Shown here piece by piece: positions 49,714 through 60,818 of a stretch of 64,000 nt of DNA. Below the pieces are notes generated by a model, which had not been told where the DNA came from, did not search any database, and saw only the letters and a program-made list of their open reading frames with translations. Each line of letters opens with the position of its first letter. The first letter of the stretch is position 1. A program made the position numbers and the translations under genes. Origin of the DNA: Betaproteobacteria bacterium (GTDB lineage Bacteria > Pseudomonadota > Gammaproteobacteria > Burkholderiales > Thiobacillaceae); contig JACRAU010000023.1 of the NCBI GenBank assembly GCA_016234655.1, positions 42,066 through 106,065 of the forward strand. Reading direction: 5' to 3'.

Positions 49714-50568
49714 ATGCCGGGCATGAACCCGCGCAGCATCCTCATCACCGGTTGTTCCTCCGGCATCGGCCACACCGTCGCCCACGGTCTCAAGGCGCGC
49801 GGTTGGCGGGTGTTCGCCACGGCGCGCAAGCCGGACGACGTGGCGCGCCTGAATGCCGAAGGCCTGGAAGGCCTTCAACTCGATCTCGACGATTCCACTT
49901 CGATTCGCGCGGCGGTCGATGAAGTTTTGCGCCGCACCGGCGGCAGCCTCGACGCGCTGTTCAACAACGGTGGTTTCGGCCAGGTCGGCGCGGTGGAGGA
50001 CCTCACCCGAGAAGCCTTGCGCGAACAGTTCGAGACCAATCTGTTCGGCTGGGTCGAGCTGAGCAACCTGGTCATCCCGGCCATGCGTCGCCAAGGTCAT
50101 GGCCGCATCGTGATGAACAGCTCGGTGCTCGGCTATGCCGCCTTCGCCTATCGCGGCGCCTACAACGCGGTGAAGTTCGCGCTCGAGGGCATCAGCGACA
50201 CCCTGCGCCACGAGTTGCACGGCACCGGTATCCACGTGGTTTTGATCGAGCCGGGGCCGATCGTCAGCCGCTTCCGCGAGAACTGCCTGCCGCATTTCCA
50301 GCGGCACATCGATTGGCAGCACAGCGTGCACCGGGCGCAATACGAGAGTCAGATGGCCCGGCTGAACCAGCCCGGCCCGGCCGCGCCCTTCACCCTGCCG
50401 CCGGCGGCGGTCTTGGCCAAGGTGATCCATGCCCTGGAGAGCCGGCGGCCGCGTGCGCGCTATCCGGTCACCGTGCCGGCCGTGGCCTTTTGGTGGTTCA
50501 AGCGCTTCCTGCCCATACGTTGGATGGACTGGATGCTGATGCGGGCCTCGGGCGGCGGCAAGCGCTAA
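49714..50568 (+). CDS. Short-chain dehydrogenase/reductase
   Basis: ILITGCSSGIG cofactor motif and catalytic Y-NAV-K. Confidence 0.9.
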   Translation: MPGMNPRSILITGCSSGIGHTVAHGLKARGWRVFATARKPDDVARLNAEGLEGLQLDLDDSTSIRAAVDEVLRRTGGSLDALFNNGGFGQVGAVEDLTREALREQFETNLFGWVELSNLVIPAMRRQGHGRIVMNSSVLGYAAFAYRGAYNAVKFALEGISDTLRHELHGTGIHVVLIEPGPIVSRFRENCLPHFQRHIDWQHSVHRAQYESQMARLNQPGPAAPFTLPPAAVLAKVIHALESRRPRARYPVTVPAVAFWWFKRFLPIRWMDWMLMRASGGGKR

Positions 50569-50648
50569 CGGCCCTACTCCAGGCACGGTCTCTCCCGGGC
50601 GAGAGGCCGGTATACTTGCGCCCTGCAAGCAATCCTGAACTGATCCCC

Positions 50649-51773
50649 ATGGCCGAAGACACCCCCGCCGGCAGCGCGCCGGCCTTCCCCAAGCTATTGC
50701 CGCTGCCCAAGATCGAGCGGCCCCTGAACCTGCCGGTGGACAAGCTGGCCGACGTGAAATCGGCACAGGACTTGCCCGATCGCTTGGTGTTCGGCGATCT
50801 CGTGGCCGGCAGCTTCAAGGTCCAGAAGAAGGGCTGGTCGGCCGAGTGGCGCGATGCCGACGGCCACCGGGCCAAGTTCCGCTATGCCGGCGGCCTGTCC
50901 TCGCTGGAGCTGAACTTCGAGGGCGAGGAGATGGTGACCTTGGTCAGCGCCGAGCGCTTCGCCGATCTCGACGGCACGGTGCAGAACCTGCAACCCGGCT
51001 CGTGGCTGGAAAAGCTCGGCGCCCGCCTGAGCGCGCGCCACAACCTCAAGGTCTTCGCCCACCGCGAGGACGATGCGGTGGCCGGCAACTTCGCCGACGG
51101 CCCGCTGCTGACCTTGGCGCTGCCGGTGCCGGCCGACCGATTGCTGGCGCTATATGAGTTGCACAAGCAGTGGCAAGGCGATGCCGCGATCGCGACCAAC
51201 CTCGACGGCTATGCCCGGCTGCACTTCAGCGTGGTCAATTACCTGGAAGGCGTCAACCCGGCCATGCTCAACCACCCGGTCGGCCTGGTGTTGCACCACG
51301 TCAACGCGCTGGGCACGCCGGCCGGCGAGATGCCGGCGCGCGAGGAAGACGACGAGGGTTCGGCGGCCTGGACCTTGCGCCGCAGCCATTACCTCTATAT
51401 CGCCCATTGCGCCATGCGCGACGCCGCGCGCCTGGTCGAACGCCTAGCCGATGTCGGTTTCATCGGCACGGCCGATGACCGCGAGGGCTATCCCAACGCC
51501 GCCGAATTCGGCGCCGCGCTGATGCCGTTCGGCTACGAATACGTGGTGAAGAACGTCTATTGGTTCGATGCCGCGCGTCGGCGCCGGGTGTTCTATCCTG
51601 ATCTGGGTGACAGCGCCGACCGCAACGCGCTGGGCGCGCACAGCGGCGACATCTGGCTGAAGTCCTTGATCCGCGATGCGCAGAAGCTGGCCGAACAGTT
51701 CAAGGCCGATACCGCGCGGAGCTTCGCCGAGGGCATGGCGCAGGAGGGCGAGAACCCCGCCGGTCTACATTGA
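50649..51773 (+). CDS. Hypothetical protein
   Basis: 374 aa from MAEDTPAG; ordinary composition; no family recognised; the upstream part of the track ORF overlaps the SDR gene out of frame. Confidence 0.6.
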   Translation: MAEDTPAGSAPAFPKLLPLPKIERPLNLPVDKLADVKSAQDLPDRLVFGDLVAGSFKVQKKGWSAEWRDADGHRAKFRYAGGLSSLELNFEGEEMVTLVSAERFADLDGTVQNLQPGSWLEKLGARLSARHNLKVFAHREDDAVAGNFADGPLLTLALPVPADRLLALYELHKQWQGDAAIATNLDGYARLHFSVVNYLEGVNPAMLNHPVGLVLHHVNALGTPAGEMPAREEDDEGSAAWTLRRSHYLYIAHCAMRDAARLVERLADVGFIGTADDREGYPNAAEFGAALMPFGYEYVVKNVYWFDAARRRRVFYPDLGDSADRNALGAHSGDIWLKSLIRDAQKLAEQFKADTARSFAEGMAQEGENPAGLH

Positions 51774-51812
51774 TGATCGCTTGGAAGCCGTCTTAAAAAT
51801 CACCGCCTTCCT

Positions 51813-51886
51813 GTAGGAGCCGTTGTTCGGGCCGAGGACGGCCCTCCTACAACACCCCCGGTAGGAGCGGCCTCCTGGCCGCGAAC
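51813..51886. repeat. REP-like hairpins (GTAGGAG...CTCCTAC and GGTAGGAGCGGCCTCCTGGCCGCGA)
   Basis: gtaggagccgttgttcgggccgaggacggccctcctac followed by ggtaggagcggcctcctggccgcgaac; the core GGAGCGGCCTCCTGGCCGCGA recurs near 62375-62397. Confidence 0.6.
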
Positions 51887-51894
51887 ACAAGCTC

Positions 51895-53562
51895 TTAGGT
51901 CTGAAACTGGCTGAAGCCGTCGTTCATCTCATACACCAGCATGTCGATGTGACGGATGGTATGCAGGGTACGATGCACCGCCTCTTGGTTGTGCTCGGCC
52001 ATTTGCGCGATGCGTTCCACATGGCGCGCGATGTCCTGGCTGGCCGCCTCCTGCTCCTTCACCGAATTCACGATATCGTTCACGCCGATGCCGGAAGTGC
52101 GGGCGGCGAGCTTGGTCTCGCTCAAGGCGGCGCGCACCTCGCTGAGCGACGCCACGCTGGCCTCGATGGCCCCGGTGCCGCTCTGGACGGCCTGGGTCAC
52201 CTCGGTCGACTGGGTTTCGATCTGCTTGGTGACGGCATCGATGCGGCGGGCCGATAGGCTGGATTGCTCGGCCAGGCGGCGCACCTCGTCGGCGACGACG
52301 GCGAAGCCGCGGCCCTGCTCGCCGGCCCGTGCCGCCTCGATCGCCGCATTCAACGCGAGCAGGTTGGTCTGGTCGGCGATGTCTTGCACTTGTTTGGTCA
52401 GATCGTTGATCTCGGCGGTCTGGGTCAGGAAGCGGTGCGTGGTCGATTCGATGCCCTGGATCGCGGCATGCAGCCGTTCGATCTCCCATGACAGCGCCTC
52501 CAGCCGGCTATCGCTATGCTCGCTGCGTTCGATGCTCTCGTCCGACAGGCGGCGCACGTCGTCGGCCGCGCTGGCGACCGAGGCGATGGCCACCGTGAGT
52601 TCCTGTACCGCCGCGGCCACCGCGCCGGCCGCCTCGGCTTGATCGCGCGAGCCGCCGGTGACCTGTTCGGCCTCGATGGTGACCGACTGCACCTTGATCC
52701 CGACGTTATGCGCATTGTTCCGTGTTTGCACCACCAGCTTGTGCAGGCCTTCCATGAAGGTGTTGAAGGCCTGCGAGGCCTGGCCGACCTCGTCTTCGTC
52801 ATGCACGGTCAGCCTGGCCTTCAAGTTGCCGACGCCGTTGGCCATTTGTTCCATCGAGCTGCGCAGCGAGTGCAGCGATTGATTGACCCGGCGCAAGACC
52901 ATGATGGCGAACAAGATGCCCAGTACGATGGCCAATAGCGTCAGGCCGGCGCTGATGCGCAGGGCATTGCTGGTGTTGGCCTCGACCTCGGCCTGGGCCG
53001 CTTGCAATTTCCGGTTCTCGTCGGAGCGAAGCTTGAGCAAGGTCATGCTCACGTCGCGCCAGAGCGGGGCCTCTTCCCGCACGAAGCGTTCGCGCGCATC
53101 GCCCTGCACGCCGACGATCTGCACATACATGTCGCGCAGTCCGGACAGCGCATCCCATTTGGCGTCGATCAGCGCCAGCGTCTTGGCTTGTTCGCTCTCC
53201 GGCTTCGCCATCGCGATGGCCTGGTCCAGGGCCTTGCGGAAGGCGGCGGTGGATTGGTCGAGATTCGCCTGCGCCGTCGTGTCGGCCGAATCGAGCATCA
53301 AATTGCGAATGGCCTGTCCGCCCAACATGCCTTCGGTATACATATCTTCGTAGATTTGCATGCGGCCCAGATCGTGCGCCATGAAATCCTTCAGCCGGTC
53401 GTTGGTCGCATACAACTGATACAAGGCGATGCCCATCGCGAGCAGCGACAACAAAATGCCGGGAATCAGCGCGGCCAGGATCTTGGTCTGCACGCTGTTG
53501 ATCGCCAAGGGCGGGATTTTGGGCAATTGGCGGGCGACGGGGAGGACGAGATTGGTTTGCAT
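51895..53562 (-). CDS. Methyl-accepting chemotaxis protein
   Basis: Two TM flanking a helical periplasmic sensor, HAMP, and signalling hairpin [35 protein letters not shown]. Confidence 0.9.
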   Translation of the reverse strand: MQTNLVLPVARQLPKIPPLAINSVQTKILAALIPGILLSLLAMGIALYQLYATNDRLKDFMAHDLGRMQIYEDMYTEGMLGGQAIRNLMLDSADTTAQANLDQSTAAFRKALDQAIAMAKPESEQAKTLALIDAKWDALSGLRDMYVQIVGVQGDARERFVREEAPLWRDVSMTLLKLRSDENRKLQAAQAEVEANTSNALRISAGLTLLAIVLGILFAIMVLRRVNQSLHSLRSSMEQMANGVGNLKARLTVHDEDEVGQASQAFNTFMEGLHKLVVQTRNNAHNVGIKVQSVTIEAEQVTGGSRDQAEAAGAVAAAVQELTVAIASVASAADDVRRLSDESIERSEHSDSRLEALSWEIERLHAAIQGIESTTHRFLTQTAEINDLTKQVQDIADQTNLLALNAAIEAARAGEQGRGFAVVADEVRRLAEQSSLSARRIDAVTKQIETQSTEVTQAVQSGTGAIEASVASLSEVRAALSETKLAARTSGIGVNDIVNSVKEQEAASQDIARHVERIAQMAEHNQEAVHRTLHTIRHIDMLVYEMNDGFSQFQT

Positions 53563-53672
53563 GGCGATGGACTCGATTGCTGCGCGGAGTCCGAGGCTAA
53601 CAGCCCAGGATTAAGATTTTTTGACATGCTCGGCTAAACTATGACGACACATCGCCCTAACGAGATCGCGCC

Positions 53673-54869
53673 ATGCACATCGGCACCCCCCTATCCCCAT
53701 CGGCCACCAAGGTCATGCTGCTCGGCGCCGGCGAGCTCGGCAAGGAAGTCATCATCGCGCTGCAACGCCTGGGCGTGGAGGTGATCGCGGTCGACCGCTA
53801 CGACAATGCGCCCGGCCATCAGGTGGCGCATCACGCCCATGCCATCGACATGAGCAACGGCAACGTGCTCGGCCGCCTGATCGACAGCGAACAGCCGCAC
53901 CTGGTGGTGCCCGAGATCGAGGCCATCGCCACCGAGACCCTGGTCGAACTGGAACGAGCCGGAAAATGCCGGGTGATCCCGACCGCGCGCGCCGCCAACC
54001 TCACCATGAACCGCGAGGGCATCCGCCGGCTGGCGGCCGAGGCCTTGAAGCTGCCGACCTCGCCCTATGCCTTCGCCGACAGCTTCGACCAACTCAAGGC
54101 CGCCATAGCCGGCGGCATCGGCTATCCCTGCGTGATCAAGCCGGTGATGTCGTCCTCGGGCAAGGGCCAAAGCAAGGTGGACGGGCCGCAGGAGTTGAAG
54201 ACCGCCTGGGACTACGCCAACGCCGGCGGCCGGGTGGCCAAGGGCCGGGTCATCGTCGAGGGCTTCGTCGACTTCGATTACGAAATCACCCAACTCACCG
54301 TGCGTGCCATGGGCGCCGACGGAAAAACCCACACCCATTTCTGCGAGCCCGTCGGCCATGTGCAAGTCAAGGGCGATTACGTCGAGAGCTGGCAGCCGCA
54401 GGCCATGAGCCCGGCCGCGCTGGAAAAGTCCCGCGCCATCGCCAAGGCGGTGACCGACGACCTGGGCGGCTTGGGGCTGTTCGGCGTCGAGTGCTTCGTC
54501 AAAGGCGACCAAGTCTGGTTCTCCGAGGTCAGCCCCCGGCCGCACGACACCGGCATGGTCACCATGATCACGCAAAGACAGAGCGAGTTCGAACTGCACG
54601 CCCGCGCCATCCTCGGCCTGCCGGTCGATACGACCTTGCGCAACCCCGGCGCCTCGGCCGTGATCTACGGCGGCATGGAGGCGAAGGGGATTCGTTACGA
54701 GGGCGTGGCCGAGGCCTTGGCCATCCCGGGTACCGACATCCGCCTGTTCGGCAAGCCGGTCGCCTTCGAACGCCGGCGCATGGGTGTGGCCCTGGCCGAG
54801 GGGCGCGACACCGACGAGGCGCGGCAGAAGGCGAAAGAAGCGGCGGGACGGGTGAAGCCGGTCGCTTAG
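53673..54869 (+). CDS. purT: Formate-dependent GAR transformylase PurT
   Basis: [15 protein letters not shown]-terminus, ATP-grasp core, 398 aa. Confidence 0.93.
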   Translation: MHIGTPLSPSATKVMLLGAGELGKEVIIALQRLGVEVIAVDRYDNAPGHQVAHHAHAIDMSNGNVLGRLIDSEQPHLVVPEIEAIATETLVELERAGKCRVIPTARAANLTMNREGIRRLAAEALKLPTSPYAFADSFDQLKAAIAGGIGYPCVIKPVMSSSGKGQSKVDGPQELKTAWDYANAGGRVAKGRVIVEGFVDFDYEITQLTVRAMGADGKTHTHFCEPVGHVQVKGDYVESWQPQAMSPAALEKSRAIAKAVTDDLGGLGLFGVECFVKGDQVWFSEVSPRPHDTGMVTMITQRQSEFELHARAILGLPVDTTLRNPGASAVIYGGMEAKGIRYEGVAEALAIPGTDIRLFGKPVAFERRRMGVALAEGRDTDEARQKAKEAAGRVKPVA

Positions 54870-54872
54870 CTG

Positions 54873-56132
54873 TCAGACAAAGCGGGCGACGAAGGCGCCC
54901 ACGCTGTCCTCGGGCAATTTTAGCCAGGCGCGGTGACCGCTGCCGGGCACGACTGCAATTGCTTGGCCTTCGGCATCCTCGATCTCGTTCACGACAAACT
55001 CGCGTACGCCAGTCGGTTGAATCAGCTCGATCCGGCCGCCCGCGCTCAGTTTGTTCTTCGCGGTGAATTCCGCCATGTCGCGTGAAGCATCGAAGCCGAC
55101 GATGTCGCCGACGTAGAGGCTGCGGCCGGATTCGGAGTGGCCGCGCAAGGTGTTCTGGTAGTCGGCCTCGTGATGACGCTGGTAGAAACCGTCGGTGTAG
55201 CCGCGATTGGCCAGGCCTTCGAGCTGGCCGAGCAGGGCGGGGTTCAGCGGCCGGCCGGCCACGGCATCGTCGATGGCCTGGCGGTAGGCTTGGCAGGCGC
55301 GGGCGACGTAATACGGCGATTTGGTGCGGCCCTCGATCTTGAGCGAATCGATGCCGATCTCGACCAGGCGCTGCACGTGCTCGATGGCGCGCAAATCTTT
55401 CGAATTGAGGATGTAGGTGCCGTGCTCGTCCTCCTCGATCGGCATGTAGCTGCCCTCGCGCCGCTCGCGCTCTTCCAGCAGCCAGACATCGCCGGCGGCG
55501 TCTTCTTTCGCGGGGTTGAGCTTGTAATCCCAGCGGCAGGAGTTGGTGCAGGTGCCTTGGTTGGGGTCGCGGCGGTTGAAGTAGCCGGAGAGCAGGCAGC
55601 GGCCCGAATAGGCCACGCACAGCGCGCCGTGGACGAACACCTCCAGTTCCATGTCCGGGCAGGCCTGGCGGATGTCGGCGATCTCGTCCAGCGATAGCTC
55701 GCGCGACAGGATGACGCGGGCGATGCCGGCCTGTTGCCAGAAGCGCACGGCAGCGCTGTTCACGGTGTTGGCCTGCACCGAGAGGTGGATGGGCATGTCG
55801 GGCCAGGTCTCGCGCACCAAGAGGATCAGGCCGGGGTCGGACATGATCAGCGCATCGGGTTTGAGCGCGATGGCCGGTGCCATGTCGTCGAGATAGGTCT
55901 TGAGCTTGGCGCCGTGCGGAAAGATGTTGGACACTAGATAGAAGGCGTGGCCCTGCGCGTGGGCGCGGCGGATACCTTCGGCCAGGACTTCGATGTCGCC
56001 GAAGTCGTTGTTGCGCACCCGCAGGGAATAGCGCGGCTGGCCGGCGTAGATGGCCGTGGCGCCGAAGGCGAAGGCGGTGTCGAGCATGGCCAGGGAGCCG
56101 GCCGGGGCGAGCAGTTCGGGGGTGCGGGGCAT
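54873..56132 (-). CDS. U32-family peptidase-like protein (YegQ/TrhP type)
   Basis: PELLAPAGS N-terminus and the U32 signature EVFVHGALCVAYSGRCLLS. Confidence 0.88.
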   Translation of the reverse strand: MPRTPELLAPAGSLAMLDTAFAFGATAIYAGQPRYSLRVRNNDFGDIEVLAEGIRRAHAQGHAFYLVSNIFPHGAKLKTYLDDMAPAIALKPDALIMSDPGLILLVRETWPDMPIHLSVQANTVNSAAVRFWQQAGIARVILSRELSLDEIADIRQACPDMELEVFVHGALCVAYSGRCLLSGYFNRRDPNQGTCTNSCRWDYKLNPAKEDAAGDVWLLEERERREGSYMPIEEDEHGTYILNSKDLRAIEHVQRLVEIGIDSLKIEGRTKSPYYVARACQAYRQAIDDAVAGRPLNPALLGQLEGLANRGYTDGFYQRHHEADYQNTLRGHSESGRSLYVGDIVGFDASRDMAEFTAKNKLSAGGRIELIQPTGVREFVVNEIEDAEGQAIAVVPGSGHRAWLKLPEDSVGAFVARFV

Positions 56133-56347
56133 GATTTGCGAGAAAAGGCGTACAGTGTCAGGAAACGGGGGATAGCGCGACTAATCGAAGTATCGTGCGC
56201 TTGCGAGCGCAATGCTACTTGTAAAGCGGGAATAAACTAGGGAACCCGTTCAAGTCAATCTAGAGTTGGCATTCTGGCGGGCGTCTCTACCCGGCACAGG
56301 CTGAGGCTGGCAGATCGTTCGATAACAGTACATCGAGGGAGTGGGAT

Positions 56348-57952
56348 ATGCGCTGGGGAGTGGGTAACAAGATATTGCTGGGTTATGTGCTGGGCTTCGC
56401 CCTCATGCTTGGTTTTTCGGCCTTGACCTTGTTCAACGGCAGCACGGTGCGCGCCACTACGGTCGACGTGGCCGAGAAGGGCCTGCCTGGCCTGGTCGCC
56501 TCGTCGCGTCTGGTTGCGGCCATGGAGCGGCGGGTGATCGTTCTCTATGAGTTGTATGCGACGGCCGATGCGGCCCGTTACGATGCCTTGATCCAGGAGA
56601 ACGACAAGGAGATCGAGGGACAAACCGGCGCGGTCAGGATGCTGGCCGGTTTTTCCTCGGTGGAGCAGAACTGGCAAGCCGTCTTGCAGCGCTTGTCCGG
56701 CATCGAAGCCCGTTTTCGCGGCGTGATGACCGCGAATTCGGTGGACTGGGACCTCGCCCGCGAGCTGTTGGGCCAATACCACGGCGCGGCGCGCGAGGCG
56801 GAAGATATGCTGTTCAAGATGGCGCAGGCGGCGACCGCGACGGCCCAGGCCGATGCCGACCGCGCGGCCTCGCTGACCACGACCTTGATGACGGTGAGCG
56901 TGATCATGAGTGCCCTCGTGCTCGGGGTATTTATCCTGGCGGCATGGTTCACGCGCAATACGGTGGTCATGCCGCTGCGCGAGATCAGCCGCAAGATCAC
57001 CGAGATCGCGACCGGCCGGGACTTCACGGTCACGCTGGCCATCGGCCAGGACGATGAGATCGGCGAGATCGCCCGTTCGTTCAATCGCCTGGTCGAGCAG
57101 ATTCGCCAGATGGCCCGGACCTTGGACCAGGCGGCCGGCGAGCTGGGCGGTGCGGTCGATACCCTGTCGGGGGTGGTGCAAGACAACCATGGCAGCATCG
57201 ACCGGCAGTTGGCCGAGGCGGAGGCGATCCAGCAGAAGGTTCGGGCCTTGGCCGGCCAGGTCGGCGACATCGCGGCCCAGGCCGGCGATGCGGCCCAGGC
57301 GGCGCGCGATTCGGCGCGGGCCTCGGCCGAAGGCAGGCAGGTCGTGGCCGATAGCCGCGCCTCGATCAGCGCGCTATCGCAAGAGGTGGTGGCGACCTCC
57401 GGCGTCGTCGGCAAGTTGGAGGAGGATGCCCAGCAGGTCAGCGCGGTGCTGGTGCGAATTCGCGATATCGCCGAGCAGACCAACCTCTTGGCCCTCAACG
57501 CCGCGATCGAGGCGGCGCGCGCGGGCGAGGCCGGGCGCGGCTTTGCCGTGGTGGCGGACGAGGTGCGCAAGCTGGCGACCACGGCGGGCGATGCCACGAC
57601 CGAGATCGACCGTATCATCGCCCACTTGAGCGAGGTCACGGCCATGGCCGCCAAGGCCATGCGCGATAGCCAGGACACGGCCGCGCGCAGCGTCGGCCAG
57701 GCGCAGGAGGCGGAAGCCAGGCTGCGGCGCATCGAGGCGGCCGCCGAGGGCATCGATAGCCGCAACAGCGCCATCGGCCTGGTCACTCAGGACCATCAGC
57801 GGCACGTCGGTTCGATCCAGTCGGCCGTCGAGAACGTCGGCTTGGCGGCCAGGGCGGTGAAGGATAAGAGTCTGACGCTCGAGTCGTCGGCGGATCGCCT
57901 AGGCCAATTGGCCGGCGGCCTGCGCCAGTTGATCGGCCAGTTGCGTTATTGA
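56348..57952 (+). CDS. Methyl-accepting chemotaxis protein
   Basis: TM-sensor-TM-HAMP layout and [35 protein letters not shown]. Confidence 0.9.
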   Translation: MRWGVGNKILLGYVLGFALMLGFSALTLFNGSTVRATTVDVAEKGLPGLVASSRLVAAMERRVIVLYELYATADAARYDALIQENDKEIEGQTGAVRMLAGFSSVEQNWQAVLQRLSGIEARFRGVMTANSVDWDLARELLGQYHGAAREAEDMLFKMAQAATATAQADADRAASLTTTLMTVSVIMSALVLGVFILAAWFTRNTVVMPLREISRKITEIATGRDFTVTLAIGQDDEIGEIARSFNRLVEQIRQMARTLDQAAGELGGAVDTLSGVVQDNHGSIDRQLAEAEAIQQKVRALAGQVGDIAAQAGDAAQAARDSARASAEGRQVVADSRASISALSQEVVATSGVVGKLEEDAQQVSAVLVRIRDIAEQTNLLALNAAIEAARAGEAGRGFAVVADEVRKLATTAGDATTEIDRIIAHLSEVTAMAAKAMRDSQDTAARSVGQAQEAEARLRRIEAAAEGIDSRNSAIGLVTQDHQRHVGSIQSAVENVGLAARAVKDKSLTLESSADRLGQLAGGLRQLIGQLRY

Positions 57953-58096
57953 TCCGGTCGGCCGAAGCGGCGGCTTCTTGGCGCCGTTGCGTGTCGGCTT
58001 ACCGTTCGATTTCGATTTTCACGGCGCGCGACGATGGGGTAGGGGGGCGGGGCGACTTGGTGTATCTTCGGCGCTAGAGATCACTGGAGCCGTTTC

Positions 58097-58630
58097 GTGC
58101 CGTACAAGCGTTATTTGCCTTTCCTGTTCGCCTTCGTCTTGCCCATCGTGTTGGTCTATGCCTGGTGGGGCGGTTTCAATGCGGTCGATATCCGCACCGA
58201 GACGCGCGGGCCGTATACCTATGCCTATATCGAGTACACCGGCGACTATGCCAAGCTGCCGAGCAAGTTGGAGGAGGTGCGCCGGCAATTGAAGGCGCAG
58301 GGGATCGAGCCGGGCCTGCCGATCACCGTGCTGTATTCCGACCCGGCCGTCGTGGCCAAGTCCGAACGCCGCGCGCGCATCGGTTGCCTGGTGCCGCCGG
58401 GCACGGCGGTGAAGGCGCCGATGCGAATCGACGCCATTTCGTCGCGCCCCGTGCTGGTGGCCGAGGTCCGGGCCGGCATGCTGATCGCGCCGAGCCGCGC
58501 CTACCAAGCCCTGGGCAACCATCTCGCCGAGCAGGACAAGGCCATTCGCATGCCGACCGTGGAGCTCTACGCCGCCTCCGATAGCGTGTTGGAGATGGGG
58601 GTGTTGACGGTGGAGATGGAGGCGCCATGA
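58097..58630 (+). CDS. Membrane-anchored GyrI-like/SOUL-like small-molecule-binding protein (tentative)
   Basis: GTG start; N-terminal TM; the remaining ~150 aa have a GyrI-like beta/alpha pattern; weak assignment. Confidence 0.5.
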   Translation: MPYKRYLPFLFAFVLPIVLVYAWWGGFNAVDIRTETRGPYTYAYIEYTGDYAKLPSKLEEVRRQLKAQGIEPGLPITVLYSDPAVVAKSERRARIGCLVPPGTAVKAPMRIDAISSRPVLVAEVRAGMLIAPSRAYQALGNHLAEQDKAIRMPTVELYAASDSVLEMGVLTVEMEAP

Positions 58631-59544
58631 GTTTTCTGATCTTGATCGCGGTGTTGGCCGTCGAGGAATACTGGTCGTCTTCGCGCTCCAAGCGCTTGAT
58701 CGACCTGGCCGAGCGCTATGGCGATTGGCTCGGCCGGCGCTTCAACGGCGGCCAGCCGCATCAGGGCCTGTTCGCCTGGGGCATGGGAGCCTTGTTGCCG
58801 GCCATTGCCGTCGGCGTCATCGCCGGCTTGCTCGCTTGGCTGGCCGGCATCCTGGGCTGGTTGTGGGCGGGCGCGGCGGTCTACGTCTGCCTCGGTTTCA
58901 AGGCGGCTCACGGTCATGCAAACCGTATCGCGCTTGCCTTGCGTAGCGGCGACCTGGCGCTGGCCAAGGAAGAACTCAAGGCCATGCGGCCCGGTTCGGT
59001 CGAGGCGCTGGGCGAGAACGAGATCGCGAAGCTGGCCCTGGAAGAGATGCTGCGCGCCGGCTTCGCCCGCCTGCTCGGCGTGATGTTCTGGTTCGTCTTG
59101 CTCGGCCCCTTCGGCGCGGTGCTGTTCCGGCTGACCCATGTGCTGCACGATTACTGGCACGCCCATATCCCGGAACGCGGCGAGTTCCTGGGCCACGTCG
59201 ACAGGCTGCGCCAATTGCTGGACTGGCTGCCGGTGCGGGCCACCGCCTTCAGTTTCGCCATCGCCGGCAACTTCCAGGGCGCGATGGAGTGCTGGCGCAA
59301 CCAGGCCTGGCAGTGGTGGGAGCGCAACGAAGGCGTGCTGCTGGCCGCCGGTGCGGGGGCGATCGGCGTCAAGCTCGGCGGCGCGGTGCCGCTGCCGAAC
59401 GGCAGCATCGAACGGGCCGAGCTAGGCGCCGGCGCGACGGCCGACGCCGATTACTTGGAAGGCGCGACGGCCTTGATCTGGCGGGTGACCCTGTTCTGGC
59501 TGGCGCTGCTGTTCCTGATGAAGCTGGGCGAGTTGGCTGCCTGA
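58627..59544 (+). CDS. AmpE/CobD-family membrane protein
   Basis: ATGA overlap with the upstream gene; layout and the LDWLPVR motif resemble AmpE/CobD. Confidence 0.65.
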   Translation: MSFLILIAVLAVEEYWSSSRSKRLIDLAERYGDWLGRRFNGGQPHQGLFAWGMGALLPAIAVGVIAGLLAWLAGILGWLWAGAAVYVCLGFKAAHGHANRIALALRSGDLALAKEELKAMRPGSVEALGENEIAKLALEEMLRAGFARLLGVMFWFVLLGPFGAVLFRLTHVLHDYWHAHIPERGEFLGHVDRLRQLLDWLPVRATAFSFAIAGNFQGAMECWRNQAWQWWERNEGVLLAAGAGAIGVKLGGAVPLPNGSIERAELGAGATADADYLEGATALIWRVTLFWLALLFLMKLGELAA

Positions 59545-59563
59545 GGCCTAGGAATTAGGTCAT

Positions 59564-60802
59564 ATGCTCAACGCCATCTGGATCGGCTTTCTGCTGCTCG
59601 CCTGCGCGGGCGCCTTGTTCCAATTCTTCGTGCTCGGCCAGGGCGACATCTTCGCCTTGGTGATGCGCGCGGCCTTCGATTCGGCCAAGACCGGCTTCGA
59701 GGTGGCCTTGGGCCTCACCGGCGTGATGGCGCTGTGGCTCGGGGTGATGAAGATCGGCGAGCGCGCGGGTTTTCTCGATCTCTTGGCGCGGCTGCTGGCG
59801 CCGCTGTTTTCGCGTCTGTTCCCCGACGTGCCCAAGGGCCACCCGGCCCTGGGCTCGATCACGATGAACATGTCGGCCAATATGCTGGGCCTGGACAATG
59901 CCGCGACGCCGATGGGCCTCAAGGCCATGAAGGAATTGCACGAGCTGAACCCGGACAAGACCACTGCGAGCAATGCGCAAATCCTGTTCCTGGTGCTCAA
60001 TGCCTCGTCGGTGACCATCCTGCCGGTCACCATCTTCACCTACCGCGCGCAACTGGGCGCGGCCGATCCGACCGATGTCTTCATCCCTATCCTGATGGCG
60101 ACCTATTGTTCGACGCTGATGGGCCTGGTCGCGGTGTCGTTTTATCAGCGCCTGCGCCTGTTCGATCCGGTGGTGCTGGCCTGGCTGGGCGGCATCACCT
60201 TGCTGGTGGGCGGCATGGCCGCCTATTTCTCCGCGCTGCCGGCGGCGCTGATGGCCGGCCACTCGGCCGTGCTCAGCAATTTCCTGCTGCTGGCCGTGGT
60301 GGCGACCTTCCTGGTCGGCGCGGCGGTGAAGCGGGTCAACGCCTACGAGGCCTTCATCGAAGGGGCCAAGGACGGCTTTCACACGGCGGTCACCATCATC
60401 CCGTACCTTGTCGCGATGCTGGTCGCCATCGGCATGCTGCGGGCGAGCGGCGCCTTGCCGGCCTTCGTCGACCTGGCGAAGGCGGCGGTGTATGCCCTCG
60501 GCTTCGATGCGGCCTGGCTCGACGCCTTGCCGACCATGTTGGTCAAGCCCTTGTCGGGCAGCGGCGCGCGGGCGATGATGATCGAGACCATGCAATTGCA
60601 CGGCGCCGATTCCTTCGCCGGCCGCCTGTCCAGCATCGTGCAAGGCAGCACCGAGACCACCTTCTACGTGCTGGCGGTCTATTTCGGCGCGGTCGGCATC
60701 CAGCGCGCGCGCCATGCCGTGGCCTGCGGCCTATTGGCCGATCTGGCGGGCTTTACCGCCGCGGTTTTCGTCGCCTATCTGTTTTTTGGCGCCCTCGTTT
60801 GA
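59564..60802 (+). CDS. Nucleoside-recognition-domain membrane protein (fused SpmA/SpmB-like)
   Basis: 412-aa polytopic ORF; SANMLGLDNAATPMGLKAM motif. Confidence 0.8.
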   Translation: MLNAIWIGFLLLACAGALFQFFVLGQGDIFALVMRAAFDSAKTGFEVALGLTGVMALWLGVMKIGERAGFLDLLARLLAPLFSRLFPDVPKGHPALGSITMNMSANMLGLDNAATPMGLKAMKELHELNPDKTTASNAQILFLVLNASSVTILPVTIFTYRAQLGAADPTDVFIPILMATYCSTLMGLVAVSFYQRLRLFDPVVLAWLGGITLLVGGMAAYFSALPAALMAGHSAVLSNFLLLAVVATFLVGAAVKRVNAYEAFIEGAKDGFHTAVTIIPYLVAMLVAIGMLRASGALPAFVDLAKAAVYALGFDAAWLDALPTMLVKPLSGSGARAMMIETMQLHGADSFAGRLSSIVQGSTETTFYVLAVYFGAVGIQRARHAVACGLLADLAGFTAAVFVAYLFFGALV

Positions 60803-60818
60803 TTTTGTGAATTGAGTC

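Noticed and set aside
49648-50766. N-terminal ~370 codons of the 567-aa minus-strand ORF
   Set aside because: This part is antisense to the well-supported SDR gene and Arg/Gly/Pro/His-rich. Only the distal 194 codons from MNARIDEL (49063-49647) resemble a real membrane protein.
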